Assembly (NCBI RefSeq): GCF_020969955.1
Contig: NZ_JAHDSX010000003.1
Span: 79,470 to 111,469 of the forward strand
Reading direction: 5' to 3'
DNA length: 32,000 bases
Source of the DNA: Allobaculum fili
GTDB taxonomy: Bacteria; Bacillota_I; Bacilli_A; Erysipelotrichales; Erysipelotrichaceae
In this document: piece by piece, positions 31,950-32,000 of the stretch
Position numbering within the stretch: position 1 is the stretch's first letter
Layout: the number at the start of each line of letters is the position of its first letter
Position numbers and translations under genes: made by a program
Notes under the pieces: generated by a model
Database searches by the model: none
The model's input: the letters and a program-made list of their open reading frames with translations, nothing else
Told to the model about the DNA's origin: nothing

Positions 31950-32000
31950 ATGGAATCAATCATCCCTGCAATCGATCTCGGTATCGATTTCTCCAAAGTT
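31950..32000 (+). CDS. 5' end of an unidentified ORF (MESIIPAIDLGIDFSKV...), truncated by the right window edge
   Basis: An ATG 7 nt after AAGGAGG, open to the window end. Only 17 codons are visible. IIPAIDL is reminiscent of HisA/HisF N-termini, but the following residues do not fit. Confidence 0.35.
   Translation, partial: MESIIPAIDLGIDFSKV

Overview
The window looks like a roughly 50% GC Bacillota-type (Firmicutes) chromosomal segment; that taxon call is an inference from gene content and SD sites. All calls come from reading the sequence and ORF track by eye. Hand-derived coordinates (tRNAs, hairpins, revised starts) may be off by 1-3 nt.

(1) Positions 1-11150 are the unusual part. A roughly 1526-codon minus-strand ORF is missing from the supplied ORF track because it runs off the left edge. 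It encodes an EssC/YukB-type FHA + triple FtsK/SpoIIIE secretion ATPase (type VII, T7SSb-like). Immediately upstream on the same strand are three genes:
- an unlisted 50-aa single-pass membrane micro-ORF;
- a membrane Hanks-type Ser/Thr kinase with a TPR C-terminal domain;
- a zinc-ribbon/TM/TPR/low-complexity protein.
Divergently transcribed are a YbjN/secretion-chaperone-like acidic protein and an XRE regulator. The apparently catalytically intact kinase sits where canonical T7SSb loci carry the EssB pseudokinase. The EssC FHA module keeps canonical phosphothreonine-binding residues. This suggests an undescribed phospho-regulated T7SS-like module and is my main candidate.

(2) Positions 11.3-23.9 kb are mostly housekeeping: a Sir2/CobB deacylase, ClpB, NagA, a YitT-family membrane protein, an RsmF-like m5C RNA methyltransferase and an M23 peptidase. 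Two oddities sit among them: a leaderless 22-residue-repeat LRR protein alone on the plus strand, and a transaldolase-fold protein lacking the Schiff-base lysine that is translationally coupled to nagA.

(3) Positions 23.9-28.6 kb hold three solitary tRNA genes (Thr-CGT, Leu-TAG, Gln-CTG) in alternating orientation. They are interleaved with small hypothetical genes, a cupin protein and a two-gene cassette ending in a GIY-YIG protein.

(4) Positions 29.0-31.7 kb carry metY and metA, each preceded by a long leader or spacer in which I cannot recognise an S-box or T-box.

No CRISPR array, transposase, integrase or rRNA gene was seen. Many long ORFs in the track are antisense shadows of real genes.
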